From Candidatus Aminicenantes bacterium (GTDB lineage: Bacteria; Acidobacteriota; Aminicenantia; JAMOAD01), in contig DAONEM010000005.1 of the NCBI GenBank assembly GCA_035403085.1, forward strand, positions 14,515 to 78,514: a stretch of 64,000 nt of DNA, read 5' to 3'. The notes under the pieces were generated by a model. It ran no database searches and had not been told where the DNA came from. It saw nothing but the letters and a program-made list of their open reading frames with translations. Within the stretch, counting starts at the first letter, position 1; every line of letters starts with the position of its first letter. Shown here in pieces: positions 9,923-20,500 of this stretch. Position numbers and translations under genes: made by a program.

Positions 9923-10066
9923 GGAGGCCTCCATTAAAAAGTAAAAGAGTATACCACTCTCTCCGGGAGGGGAACAACTCTTGCCTCTCTTCACTTTCAG
10001 GGCTATAGTTGATAATCCGCCGAAAGCGGTGAAGCTCCTCGGCGGAATTCTTCCGGAGGTGAACCC

Positions 10067-11461
10067 TTGTTTGAGAAAGCAACCTATAGCAACCGCCGTC
10101 AAATGTTGCGGGAAAAGGTCGGAAACGGTCTGATCCTTCTGCTGACCAACGGAGAGAGCCCCATGAACTACCGGGACAACACCTACCGTTACCGTCAGGA
10201 CAGTACCTTCCTCTACTTCTTCGGTCTCGACACGCCTGGACTCGAAGGAGTCCTTGACGCCGAGTCCGGTGAGGAGATTCTCTTCGGTGACGAGATCACC
10301 TTAGACGATATCATCTGGAGCGGCCCTCAGGCGAGCCTGAAAGACCGCGCCGGAAGCGTGGGCGTCCAGAGTGTTCGGCCCCGTTCCGAACTGGGTCCCT
10401 ACCTGCGGGAAGCCATGACGAAGGGGAGGAGGGTCCACTTCCTTCCCCCCTACAGGGACGAACAGAGGAAGAGGATCGAGGAGCTTCTGGGGGTCAAGGG
10501 CGAGTGGGCCGAGATCCACCTCTCCACCAAGTTGATCTCTGCGGTCGTCGACCTGAGATCGGTGAAAGAGCCTCAGGAGATCGAAGAGATCGAAAAGGCG
10601 TTGGCGACTACCAGGAAGATGCACCTCGCCGCCATGGCCATGGCGAAACCGGGCGTCTGGGAGAGGGAAATCGCCGGTCGGGTCGAGGGAGAGGCCCTCT
10701 CCGGCGGAGGGGCCGTCGCCTTCCCGGTGATTCTGAGCGTTCACGGTGAGACCCTCCACAACCACACCCACCGTAACCGCTTGGAAGCTGGAAACCTTCT
10801 CATCAACGATTCCGGAGCGGAGACCGAGGCCCACTACTCCGGGGATATCACCAGGACGATCCCCGTGGGGGGAAGTTTTACGAAGATGCAGAGGGAGATC
10901 TACGACCTGGTCTTGACGACCCAAAAGAGGGCTATCGGCGCCATTCGTCCTGGAATCCCCTTCCGGGAGGTCCATCTTTTGGCGGCCAAGACCATCGCCG
11001 AAGGCCTCTCCGCCATAGGCCTGATGAAGGGAGACCCCGCCGAAGCGGTGGAGCAGGGTGCCCACGCCCTCTTCTTCCCCCACGGCCTGGGTCACATGAT
11101 GGGCCTCGACGTTCATGATATGGAGAATCTAGGGGAGAGTTATGTCGGTTACGGTCCTAAGTGGCAGAGGAGCCGCCAGTTCGGTCTTGCGGCCCTCCGG
11201 ATGGCCAGGGAACTCGAGAAGGGCTTTGTGGTCACCGTGGAACCGGGGCTCTACTTCATCCCCGCCCTGATCGATCAGTGGAAGAGAGAGAAGAGGCTCG
11301 AAGCCTTCATCGATTACAAAGTCGTCGAAAAGTATAAGGCCTTCGGGGGCATCCGCATCGAAGACGATGTCCTTGTTACCGAAGGCGGCTGTCGGATCCT
11401 GGGAGAGCCGATTCCCAAGGAACCGAAAGAGCTGGAAGAGATCGTCGGACGGGGACTTTAA
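10067..11461 (+). CDS. pepP: Xaa-Pro aminopeptidase (M24 family)
   Basis: N-terminal creatinase-like region and M24 metal ligands (...HGLGHMMGLDVHD, ...EPGLY..., ...GIRIEDDV). Probable TTG start at 10067. Confidence 0.85.
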   Translation: MFEKATYSNRRQMLREKVGNGLILLLTNGESPMNYRDNTYRYRQDSTFLYFFGLDTPGLEGVLDAESGEEILFGDEITLDDIIWSGPQASLKDRAGSVGVQSVRPRSELGPYLREAMTKGRRVHFLPPYRDEQRKRIEELLGVKGEWAEIHLSTKLISAVVDLRSVKEPQEIEEIEKALATTRKMHLAAMAMAKPGVWEREIAGRVEGEALSGGGAVAFPVILSVHGETLHNHTHRNRLEAGNLLINDSGAETEAHYSGDITRTIPVGGSFTKMQREIYDLVLTTQKRAIGAIRPGIPFREVHLLAAKTIAEGLSAIGLMKGDPAEAVEQGAHALFFPHGLGHMMGLDVHDMENLGESYVGYGPKWQRSRQFGLAALRMARELEKGFVVTVEPGLYFIPALIDQWKREKRLEAFIDYKVVEKYKAFGGIRIEDDVLVTEGGCRILGEPIPKEPKELEEIVGRGL

Positions 11462-11488
11462 GCCCCGTCCGACGGCTCCCCGAGGGGG

Positions 11489-12442
11489 TCAGCGTTTCTC
11501 CGTTGACTTCAGGTAACGGAGAAACTCCCCCTCTGTGGAGAAGATAAACCAAGTCTTATCATCAAAGGTCTTCCGGTAGGTCTCCATGGTTTTCATGAAC
11601 TGGTAGAACTCCGGGTCTTTCCCGTAGGCGGCGGCGTAGATTCGTGAGGCTTCGCCGTCGGCCTTTCCCCGCAGTTCCTGTGCCTTCTTGTAGGCTTCGC
11701 TCTGAATCTTCTTCAGCTCACGCTCTTTCTGGCCGCGGATCTCCGCGCTCTGTCCGTCCCCTTCCGAACGGTACTGGGCGGCGATTCGTTTCCTTTCGGC
11801 GATCATCCTCTCGAAAACCTTTTGTTGAACTTCATCCACATAGTTGACTCTGCGGATTCTCACATCTTTCAGCTCCACTCCGAACTCGGGGGTGATCTTG
11901 GAGGCCTGTTTAAGAATCAAGGCGGCGATCTTCACCCTCCCTGTGGAGATGTTGGAGACTGCTTGGTTAACGTCGGGGCCAAGGGCGCCGACCTCTGCGG
12001 AGGCTTCAAACTTCCGGTTCGAAGAGCGAACGATCTCGATGAGGTCGAAGTTGGCGATGGCGTTTCTGGTCTCGCCGTCGATGATGTCGTCGAGCCGTGA
12101 CTGCCCCCCCCTCTCGTCCCTCACCCTTTGGAAGAAGATCAAGGGGTCGTGAATCCGCCAGCGGGCATAGGTTTCCACCCAGATATACTTCTTGTCCTTT
12201 GTCGGGATCTGGTTGGAGTCTCCTTCCCATTCGAGCCATCTCTTCTCGAAGGAGTGGACGTCTTGAACGAAGGGGAGCTTGGTATGGATTCCGGGTTTGC
12301 TGATGGTGCCGCTCACGGGTTCTCCGAACTGGGTGATGATCACCTGGTTCATTTCGGAGACGATGAAGAAGGTGTCCCCCAGAACGAAGAGAACGATGAT
12401 GGTCAGGGAGATCAGGAAGATGATTCTCGTCTTGGGGTTCAT
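11489..12442 (-). CDS. hflC: protease modulator HflC (SPFH/band 7)
   Basis: N-terminal TM then band-7 domain; 4-nt overlap with hflK. Confidence 0.85.
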   Translation of the reverse strand: MNPKTRIIFLISLTIIVLFVLGDTFFIVSEMNQVIITQFGEPVSGTISKPGIHTKLPFVQDVHSFEKRWLEWEGDSNQIPTKDKKYIWVETYARWRIHDPLIFFQRVRDERGGQSRLDDIIDGETRNAIANFDLIEIVRSSNRKFEASAEVGALGPDVNQAVSNISTGRVKIAALILKQASKITPEFGVELKDVRIRRVNYVDEVQQKVFERMIAERKRIAAQYRSEGDGQSAEIRGQKERELKKIQSEAYKKAQELRGKADGEASRIYAAAYGKDPEFYQFMKTMETYRKTFDDKTWFIFSTEGEFLRYLKSTEKR

Positions 12443-13416
12443 GGTTTATCCTCCTCTTTCAGGTTGAGGAAGGGGAGAGGGGCCTTCAGCTTCTCGTCCA
12501 CGATGACCTTCCTGGGACTCTTGGAGAAGACCTCGGAGAGGGTCTCCAGGTAGAGTCGCTTCCTGGTTACCAGGGGCGCCCGGGCGTATTCGGTATGGAT
12601 GGCGTTGAAGAGCTCGATGTCCCCCTGGGCCCGGTTCACCCTCTCCAGGGCGTAACCTTCGGCCTCCCGGATCGTCTGCTCGGCCTCGCCACGGGCCTTG
12701 GGGACCGTCTGGTTGTAGTCGGACCAGGCTTCGTTGATCTTCCTCTCTTTCTCCTGAAGCGCTTCGTTGACTTCGTTGAACGAAGGCTTGACAGGGTCCG
12801 GAGGGTTGACGTCTTGAAGGATCAACTGGTTGACGTCTATGCCGATCTCGTAGAGGGCGCAGAGATCCTGCAACTCTTTCTTCGCCTCCGCGGCGATTCT
12901 GGCGCGACCGGTCGTGAGAACCTCGTCGACGGAGTTGTCGCCCACGATCTTCCGGACAACCGCTTCGTTCATGTAGCGAAAGGTCTGGTTGACATCGCGC
13001 ATCTTGAAGAGGTACTTGTAGACATCGCTGATCTTGTACTGAACGATCCATTCCACGACGACAACGTTAAGGTCTCCGGTCAACATGACGGCCTCCTTGG
13101 AGGCGTCCGGAGAGACCAAGTACCGGGTGGGGACCTCGTCTTTCGCCGAGCGGTACCCGAACTCCATCTTCAGCTGTCTCTGGACCGGAACCTTTTGGAG
13201 TGTCTCGAAAAGAAAGGGAAGCTTCATGTGAAGGCCCGGCTCCGCTGTGCGGTTGAAGCGCCCGAAGCGGAGAATGACCCCAACCTCCTCGGGGCTCACC
13301 TGGTAGATTGTGTCGAAAAGAAAGAGCCCGACGATGAGGACGATCAAAATCCACTTAATTTTAAGCCATTTGGGAGGACGGGGCGGAGCCTCGTTCCCTT
13401 CGTTCTCTTGCCACAT
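12439..13416 (-). CDS. hflK: protease modulator HflK (SPFH/band 7)
   Basis: TM segment and band-7 domain (VILRFGRF...); classic hflK-hflC pair. Confidence 0.85.
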   Translation of the reverse strand: MWQENEGNEAPPRPPKWLKIKWILIVLIVGLFLFDTIYQVSPEEVGVILRFGRFNRTAEPGLHMKLPFLFETLQKVPVQRQLKMEFGYRSAKDEVPTRYLVSPDASKEAVMLTGDLNVVVVEWIVQYKISDVYKYLFKMRDVNQTFRYMNEAVVRKIVGDNSVDEVLTTGRARIAAEAKKELQDLCALYEIGIDVNQLILQDVNPPDPVKPSFNEVNEALQEKERKINEAWSDYNQTVPKARGEAEQTIREAEGYALERVNRAQGDIELFNAIHTEYARAPLVTRKRLYLETLSEVFSKSPRKVIVDEKLKAPLPFLNLKEEDKP

Positions 13417-13525
13417 GGATACCTCCTACCGGAGAGGGCTTTGCGAAGGATCGACTTCGACAAAGGGTATGGGGCGTATGAGGTCTCCCCCTCCAAAGTT
13501 ACTTTAACACGTAAGGGGCCTTCTA

Positions 13526-14494
13526 TCAAGGAGAGGGGGAAGAAGGGTGTCGAGAGGGCCAAAGGAGGATCCCGAAGGAGAGAAGGCCCAGAAGGTATTC
13601 CCAGAGCTGTGTGACCGTGTGAATCAAGAGGCCGGTGATGAAGGGATTGGGGTGTTCCGGGGCGAGGAGGGAGAAGACGAGGTGAAATGCGGTTTCCCAG
13701 GTTCCAAACCCCGCCAGGCCTTGAACGGGGAGGAGGGAGGAGAGTTCGGTGGCGGCGATTCCGATCGAGAAGAGGGCTCCTCCGGCGGGAGAGGGGGGAA
13801 GGTTGGAGAAGCCTACGAAGAGAGCGTAGAGGGAGAGGTACTTGGTTGCCCGGATGGCGAGGCTGAGCAGGAGGAGGGGGCCGAAGAGGGGGAGGCGGGA
13901 GTTCTCCTTCAAAACCACGAAGAAGTGGGTCGGAAGGGAGCCAAAACGACTTCCGAAGAGGCGGGAAACGACTCTCGTGAGGGGGAGGGAGGAGAGGAGG
14001 AAGAAGATCCCTAGGGATCCCAAACCAAGGAGGAGGAGAAGGGCTCGGAGCCGGGGAAGGGGAAAGGGGAGGTTCAAGGGGACCAGGGTTAGCAGACCCA
14101 GGAAGAGAGCCAATGAGAGAAGATCGAAGAGGAGAATGACCAGGAAGTCTCCGGAACCCTTCTCGATCTCAATCCCCTCCTTACGGAGCAGCCCGGAGTA
14201 GAAGAGGAGCGAGGCGCTTCGGGCGGGGAGCAGGTCGGCCGTGCAGTTTTGGACGAGGGTGATCAGGAAGAGTCGGAAGAAGGGGAGGGGACGTTTCAGA
14301 AGCCATCGAAACCGTATGGCCCTCAGGAACCCTCCGCCCAGGGAGAGGGAGAGGTAGAGGAGAAGGCAGTTCCAGGGGAGGGAGAGGAGGCCCGAAAGAA
14401 TCTCCCGAGGCGGAGTGGAACGGAGAAAGAGCAGGAAGAGGAGGAGCGTGATCAGGAGGGGAATCGACCAAGAGAGTACCCTCTTAGCGCTCAT
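13526..14494 (-). CDS. flippase-like / lysylphosphatidylglycerol-synthase TM-domain protein (UPF0104)
   Basis: 322 aa, about 8 TM helices, Leu/Phe-rich. Overlaps upstream SGNH gene by 4 nt. Confidence 0.6.
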   Translation of the reverse strand: MSAKRVLSWSIPLLITLLLFLLFLRSTPPREILSGLLSLPWNCLLLYLSLSLGGGFLRAIRFRWLLKRPLPFFRLFLITLVQNCTADLLPARSASLLFYSGLLRKEGIEIEKGSGDFLVILLFDLLSLALFLGLLTLVPLNLPFPLPRLRALLLLLGLGSLGIFFLLSSLPLTRVVSRLFGSRFGSLPTHFFVVLKENSRLPLFGPLLLLSLAIRATKYLSLYALFVGFSNLPPSPAGGALFSIGIAATELSSLLPVQGLAGFGTWETAFHLVFSLLAPEHPNPFITGLLIHTVTQLWEYLLGLLSFGILLWPSRHPSSPSP

Positions 14495-15177
14495 GGCGGT
14501 GAGAGGGCTTTAACCAAGGAACGGCCGATGAGAAGGCCCATGGCCCGGTACCCCTCTGAGGAGGGGTGGACTCCGGGGAGAAGACGGGGGTGTTCCAAAA
14601 AGAGGGGCCTCAGGTCAACGATCTTCAGGTGCCTGGTCTTGGCGAGGCTTTCCAACTCCGGAACGATCTCCTCACGAAGGCGTCGGGGGGAATCGCCGTC
14701 GAAGGTCGGCAGATCCAAGCGTCGAAGGGGAGGGGGAATGATCAGGAAGATTTGGGGTGGGGAGTCGGGCGACCCTTGGGCCAAAACAAGGTCGATAATC
14801 CCGTTCATGTGGCGGCGAAAGCCCTCCCGGTCGGTCTTGTCGCCGTCGGAGCGGACATCGTTGGTGCCGAGCATGAGAAGAACGATGTCCGGCGAAGGGG
14901 TAAAGAGGGAGGGCGAGTTCCTCAAAAAGCTCAGGTACTCTCCAGAGGTGTGTCCGGGCCTCCCCCCGTCGACGATCTTGTGGGAAATCTCCGCCTTGTC
15001 CAGGGCCCGTCCCAAAGAGGGGAGGTAGGAGCCGTAGGAGCTCGAAGTGAGGCTGTCGCCCAGGGATAAGATGATCAAGGTTCGGTTTCGGGGGTGGAGG
15101 AAGAGGAAGAGCAAGAGAAAAGAGATGAGCAGAAGGGCTGTCCCTGCGAAGAGAAGGCGTCGCTTTCCCATACCCAT
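14491..15177 (-). CDS. SGNH/GDSL hydrolase family protein
   Basis: Signal/TM N-terminus; motifs LSLGDSLT (block I, Ser nucleophile) and LGTNDV (block III). Confidence 0.7.
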   Translation of the reverse strand: MGMGKRRLLFAGTALLLISFLLLFLFLHPRNRTLIILSLGDSLTSSSYGSYLPSLGRALDKAEISHKIVDGGRPGHTSGEYLSFLRNSPSLFTPSPDIVLLMLGTNDVRSDGDKTDREGFRRHMNGIIDLVLAQGSPDSPPQIFLIIPPPLRRLDLPTFDGDSPRRLREEIVPELESLAKTRHLKIVDLRPLFLEHPRLLPGVHPSSEGYRAMGLLIGRSLVKALSPP

Positions 15178-15210
15178 AAGGTAGAGAAAAAGAGGCCTTC
15201 GGTCAACAGT

Positions 15211-15996
15211 TCAGAAAAAGAGGAACCGCTTCTGGTGGACCAGGCAGAGAACCTCTTCGCTGAACTCCGCCAGATCCCAGCTGTAACGCTTGACGGCGTA
15301 GTCGTCCAGAGGTGTCGGGGTCCGGTTGATGATAACCATGCGCCCACCGGCGTTGAGGGTCAGTCCGGGGAGGGTTGACGCTGGAGAGACGATGAGGGAC
15401 GATCCCATGACCAGACAAAGGTCGGCCTGGGATGCGACCTGCTTCGCCTTTTGGAGGATGTCGCTCTTGACGCTCTCTCCGAAGAGGACCGCTTCGGGGC
15501 GGATGAGCCCTCCGCAGGGACAGTAGGGGACCAGGCCCTCAAGAACGGTGGGAAGGATTTCGGTCAGTGGAAAAGGCCTACGGCAGAGGGTGCAAGAGTA
15601 GCTTTCCAGAGAGCCGTGGAGGGGAAGAAGGGCGCGGCTTCCGGCCATCTGGTGGAGGGAGTCGATGTTCTGGGTCGCCGTGGCGATGAGGCGCTCTTTC
15701 TCCTCCAACTCCACCAGGAGCCTGTGGGCGGGGTTGGGACGGGAGGCGAGGATGAGCGGAAGGAACGTCTTGGCGAAGAGGTAGAAGGGTTTAGGGTCTC
15801 TGAAGAAGAGTTCCTTGTCGAAGACGGACCTGCTTCCAGAGGAGAGAATCCCTTGAGGACCTCGAAAATCGGGAATACCCGAAGGGGTGCTGATTCCCGC
15901 TCCGGTCACCGCGAAGATGGCCTTGGCGGAGCGGAGGGTCTCGAGGAGTTCCAGTGCATCCTGGTGAAGGTCTTTCGGGAAGAGAAGAGAGTTCAT
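15211..15996 (-). CDS. cobB: NAD-dependent protein deacylase (Sir2 family)
   Basis: GAGISTPSGIPDFRG NAD-binding motif and Zn-ribbon (CTLC...CPCGG). Overlaps folC by 4 nt. Confidence 0.85.
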   Translation of the reverse strand: MNSLLFPKDLHQDALELLETLRSAKAIFAVTGAGISTPSGIPDFRGPQGILSSGSRSVFDKELFFRDPKPFYLFAKTFLPLILASRPNPAHRLLVELEEKERLIATATQNIDSLHQMAGSRALLPLHGSLESYSCTLCRRPFPLTEILPTVLEGLVPYCPCGGLIRPEAVLFGESVKSDILQKAKQVASQADLCLVMGSSLIVSPASTLPGLTLNAGGRMVIINRTPTPLDDYAVKRYSWDLAEFSEEVLCLVHQKRFLFF

Positions 15997-17282
15997 TCCC
16001 TTTCCAGGAGCGCCTTGATGTTCCCCACCAGGTAGAGGGAACCCGTAACCAGGAGGGTCTCTTGGGGCCGGGCTCCCTTCCTGAGGCGGGCGAGAGCCTT
16101 TTGGGGGTCCAGTTCAACCTCCATGGGAATCCTCAGGCCGGCTTGATGGAGCATGTTGGAGAGCTCCAAGGGATCCTGGGCCTTGGCGACGTCCGAGCGG
16201 GTCAGAACGACCCGTCTGCAGAAGGGAAAGAGCAGCCTGGCCATGGTGATCATCCTCTTGTCGTTGGAGACGCCGAAGAGGCAGGAGAGGTTCCTGAGGC
16301 CCTTCGACTTCAGGTAGGCGACCAGGGTGGCCATTCCCGCAGGGTTGTGCGCTCCGTCAAGAAGCATGTTCTCCCGCGCCCACTCCAGGCGCCCTTCGAT
16401 CTTTGCCTCCTGGAGGCCGAGGAGGGCTTTTTCGCAGACCCTCTCGGGGTTCAGTGGGTCCAGGGAGAGGAGTTCCAGTGTCTTCAGGGCTATGGCCGCG
16501 TTGTAGGCCTGATGGACTCCCAAGAGGGAGGGACGGTAGAGGTAGTCCCCTCCTTCGCTCCGGTAGAGCCATCCGGCTCTTCCATTCCGGAGAAGCCGGC
16601 GTGGCGGGTCGAAGGCTCCGAAGAGGGGGGCGTTCCGTTCCTGGCAGGTCTCTTCGATGACCCTCCGGGCCGAAGGGGGAAGCTTTCCGATGATGACGGG
16701 TTTGCCGGGCTTTACGATTCCCGCCTTCTCCCGGGCGATCTGGGCCACGGTTTTACCGAGAATCTGGGTGTGGTCCAGAGCCACCGTGGTGATGACAGAA
16801 GCTTCGGGGTTCACGACGTTTGTGGCGTCGAGACGCCCTCCCAGTCCGATCTCCAGTACCGCCCAATCAACCTTCTCCTCCTTGAACCAGAGGAAGGCCG
16901 CGACGGTTAAGAGTTCGAAGAAGGTCAGGGGCTGGGGGAGGACTCCCTTGGAAATCGCTTCGTCCACCTTCTCCTTGAGGAAACCGACCAGGGAGGTGAG
17001 GGTCTCTTCGGGAATCTGGGCTCCGTCGATCTTGATCCGTTCTTCGACGCGGACAAGGTGGGGGGATGTGTAGAGGCCTGTCCTAAAACCCATGTGGGAG
17101 AGGGCGGAGGAAAGGTAGGTGGAAACGGAGCCCTTCCCGTTGGTGCCCGTCACGAGGAGGGCACGGAATCTCTCCGCGGGCCTCCCGAGCCCATCGAGGA
17201 AACGGGAGACCCGATCGAGTTCCAACTTGATTCCCAGGCGTTGAAGGGAATCCAGGTAACCGTTACGTTCTTCTAGGTTCAA
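15993..17282 (-). CDS. folC: bifunctional folylpolyglutamate synthase/dihydrofolate synthase
   Basis: P-loop VTGTNGKGS of the Mur-ligase family; 429 aa. Confidence 0.85.
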   Translation of the reverse strand: MNLEERNGYLDSLQRLGIKLELDRVSRFLDGLGRPAERFRALLVTGTNGKGSVSTYLSSALSHMGFRTGLYTSPHLVRVEERIKIDGAQIPEETLTSLVGFLKEKVDEAISKGVLPQPLTFFELLTVAAFLWFKEEKVDWAVLEIGLGGRLDATNVVNPEASVITTVALDHTQILGKTVAQIAREKAGIVKPGKPVIIGKLPPSARRVIEETCQERNAPLFGAFDPPRRLLRNGRAGWLYRSEGGDYLYRPSLLGVHQAYNAAIALKTLELLSLDPLNPERVCEKALLGLQEAKIEGRLEWARENMLLDGAHNPAGMATLVAYLKSKGLRNLSCLFGVSNDKRMITMARLLFPFCRRVVLTRSDVAKAQDPLELSNMLHQAGLRIPMEVELDPQKALARLRKGARPQETLLVTGSLYLVGNIKALLERE

Positions 17283-17291
17283 AGAGGACTC

Positions 17292-17534
17292 TTAGATCTC
17301 TTCCACCTCTTCCCCGCTCTCGGCGAACTCATCGGGTTCACCCAGGAGGGTCGCGGCGCCGTCGTAGATCTGTTTGATGACCTTCCTCTGGTTGTGGAGA
17401 GAGGCCATTCTCTCCTTGAAGGCTTTCACTTCATCTTTGACCTGTTGGTCGATGGAAATGATCTGGGACCGGGTCTGCTCGAGGGTGTTGCGATAAAAAT
17501 CTTCGTTGGTTTTGGTGATGTCCACCATCAGCAT
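17292..17534 (-). CDS. hypothetical small acidic protein
   Basis: 80-aa ORF between the RR-kinase gene and folC; acidic C-terminus, no known motif. Confidence 0.3.
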   Translation of the reverse strand: MLMVDITKTNEDFYRNTLEQTRSQIISIDQQVKDEVKAFKERMASLHNQRKVIKQIYDGAATLLGEPDEFAESGEEVEEI

Positions 17535-17569
17535 GTCTCCTTTGGTCTCTTATTTCTTGAAAACACCGT

Positions 17570-20500
17570 TTATTGAATCATCATGGAAACCGTTGTCCAG
17601 ACTTTGACCTTCACGCCTTGGCTGACGGGAGGTGTGAAACGCCATCCCGAGATGGCTCTCTCCATGGAGCTTTGAAGGGAAGAGAGGGCGGGGGAGACTT
17701 TCAGTATCATGAACTTTTCCGCTCGACCGTCGATTCCCACGAGAACCTGCATCATGATCCGGTAGGGGCCGCGGCGTCTCTCCTCGGAGGTTATGGAGGG
17801 GACACTCTTAGAGGTCGCCTTCACAGGGAAATCCAGGGCCGTCGCGGCGACAACGGAACCTTCCGCGGGCCCCGAGGGCTGCTGGGGCTGAGGACGGGGT
17901 TGAACGGTCTCTTGAGGTGTGCTCTGAACGGGAGAGGCGGCTGGAGTCTGTTGCTGGGGGGTCGGTTCGCTCGCCTTGGGCGGCTCGACCACGGGCTTGC
18001 TCTCCTCTTTGGGCTTGTCGTTCCCGATCTGAGCGGGGGCAGCAGCCTTAGGCTCCTGCTTCTTCTCCGGAGTGGGAGGCTGGACCTGAGCCGCAGCCTT
18101 AGGCTCCTCCTTCTGGTCTGTCCCCTTGGGCTCGGTCTGTGCCGGTGTCGTGGCAGGGAGCGCCGCGTCTTGAAGGCCTGTCTGAAGGGCTGGAGGCTGA
18201 GTCGATGTTGTCTGACCGGGGGTTTGAACCTGGGGAACCGTGGAGGGGGCGGAACCTCTCTTCAAGACGAAGAAGAGGACAACCGCTAAGACCAAAACGG
18301 CGATGCCGACGATCAGGGCGATAGGAGGACGTTTGGCCTCCTCCTTCAAGAGGGCGTCTAAATCTTGTTGGGCTTGGGAGTGCTTGTTGGGGACGAACTT
18401 GACCGGTTCCGGTTCTTTGACGGCTTTCTGGGGAGGGGGTTGCACCGCTTGGGGCTTGGGCGGCTTCGGCTCCTGAGGAGGGGCCTTCGGCAGAGGGGGC
18501 TCCATGGGAGGAGCCGGCGTCGGTGATGGGGCCGCCACGGGAGGAACGGTCTTCTCGCCTCTCTTCTTGAGGATGTCTTCAAACTCCTTCTGCTTGCGGA
18601 AGATCTCCTTGGTGTCGTCGACGGCAAATCCCTCGTGGGCCACCTCTTCGGGAAAGAGCTGGGCGATGGTTTTGCAGAGAAGATCCTTGGCCAGAGGAAG
18701 GTTGACGTCGACCTCCACCATGATCTTCTCCAGTTCCGAGGTGATTTCTTTGGCGGAACCGAACCGCTTCTCCGGGGAGAGTTGGAGGCAGTGTTTGATA
18801 AGCTCGCTTACCTCTCCGGGGATACTCGGGTCGAGGGACTCCGGAGGGAGAAACTCCGCCTTCTTCACCTTTTCGAGAATCCCGATCTCCGTGGTTTCCA
18901 GGAAGGGGTTGCGGAGGGTGAAGATCTCGTAGAGGAGAATGCCGTAGGCGAAGATGTCCGAACGGTGGTCAACCTCGGCCTCTCCCCGGGCCTGTTCGGG
19001 GGACATGTAGATGAACTTGCCCTTCAGGCCCCCTGCCTGAGTCTGGTGAATCTTGTTCTTCGCCTTGGAGATCCCGAAGTCGGTGAGCTTGACCTCACCG
19101 TTGAAGGAGATAAGGATGTTCTGAGGCGTCACATCCCTATGGACAATGTTCAAAGGGTTTCCCGAGTTGTCGTTCTTCTTATGGGCGTAGTCCAGCGCCT
19201 CGCTTACCTTGAGGGCGATGTGAAGGGCTACATCCAGAGGCATCTTCCTCTTCTCTTTGCGAAGCTTCCTCAGGATGGCTCCCAGATCCTTCCCGGGGAC
19301 GTACTCCATGGCGATGATGTACTCTCTGTCCATCTTCCCGAGATCGAAGATCTGGACGATGTTGGGGTGGGAGAGGGAGGCGGCGATTCGGGCCTCATCG
19401 GTGAACATGGCGATGAACTCTTCGTCGTTGGCGAACTGCGGGAGGATCTTCTTGATGGTGACGATCTTCTCAAAACCTCCGGGACCCCTTTGCCGGGCCT
19501 TGTAGATCTCCGCCATGCCTCCGGTGGCGATCTTCTCAAGGAGTTCGTACCTCCCTTCCGCCTTCACCTCTCTCTCAAGGGGCTTGGGTGGCTCTTGAAA
19601 GGAGGGGGCGTGAAACGGGAGGGGCTCCACCTTTTGAGGAGGGGGAGTCACGGGGAGTTCCTGGGCGGGAGCAGGAGCAGGAGGGGGGGGAGCCACGGGT
19701 GGTTCCTGGACAGGAGCAGGAGGAGGTTGGGGCGAAACCGGTTTTGGAGAGGAGACCGGAGCGGCCTTACCCTCGTGAACGGCCTTGGAAGGGACGCTCT
19801 CTCCGGCGGTCGGTTTTCGCCGAAGGTCGACCAGGGTCTTATGGATCAACTCGTCTATGTCGTCGTATTCGATGTTCCTTCTCTTCTTCTCCGGGGCCGG
19901 GGCGACCGGCGGAGGAGGAACGGGGGATGCCTGTCTTGGGGGCTCCGCGGCGATCTTGGGGGGCATGGGCTCCGTGTGGGAGACCGGGCGAGGAGCCGGG
20001 GGTTCCGCCTGGGCGATCGTAGGGCGGGGAGGGGCCGGAGAGGGGGCCGGGGATGCCACTGGGGTCGGGTGGTGCGAAGGGGCGGGTTGTTCGTCCAGTA
20101 GAGAATCCGGAAGGTCTTTGTTGATCTCGTCCAAGATGTCGCCGAAGAGGGAGTCCACGGAGAGAAGCTCCTCCCTCTTTGCCCGAGGTGTCGCAGGGGG
20201 AGGGGCGCTTACAACCGGAGGTGAGGGGGGCTCGGTGACCGGAGGGGGAGGGGCACTCACAACCGGAGGTGATGGGGGTTCGGCGACTGGAGCCACCCGG
20301 GTCATGTCTCCCTCTTCGGGAGCCTTGAACCCGGCGACCAACTCCAGTGCCTTCCAGACCTCTTCCAGAGGGAAGGGCTTCTCCAGGAAGGCGGAGGCCT
20401 TGCAGTCGTGGACGGCCTTGTGGCGAATGGCCTGTCCCTTGTAGATACCCGATACGACGATGATGGGAAGATCGGGAAGCTGGGCTCGGATCCTCGTTGT

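Noticed and set aside
11462-11488. Possible terminator hairpin between convergent pepP and hflC
   Set aside because: Only a 4-bp CCCC/GGGG stem with a 2-nt loop; too weak to call.
18635-20101. 488-aa ORF antisense to the receiver-kinase gene, plus other 140-240-aa antisense ORFs
   Set aside because: Arg/Gly-rich; it overlaps the conserved kinase catalytic domain on the opposite strand.
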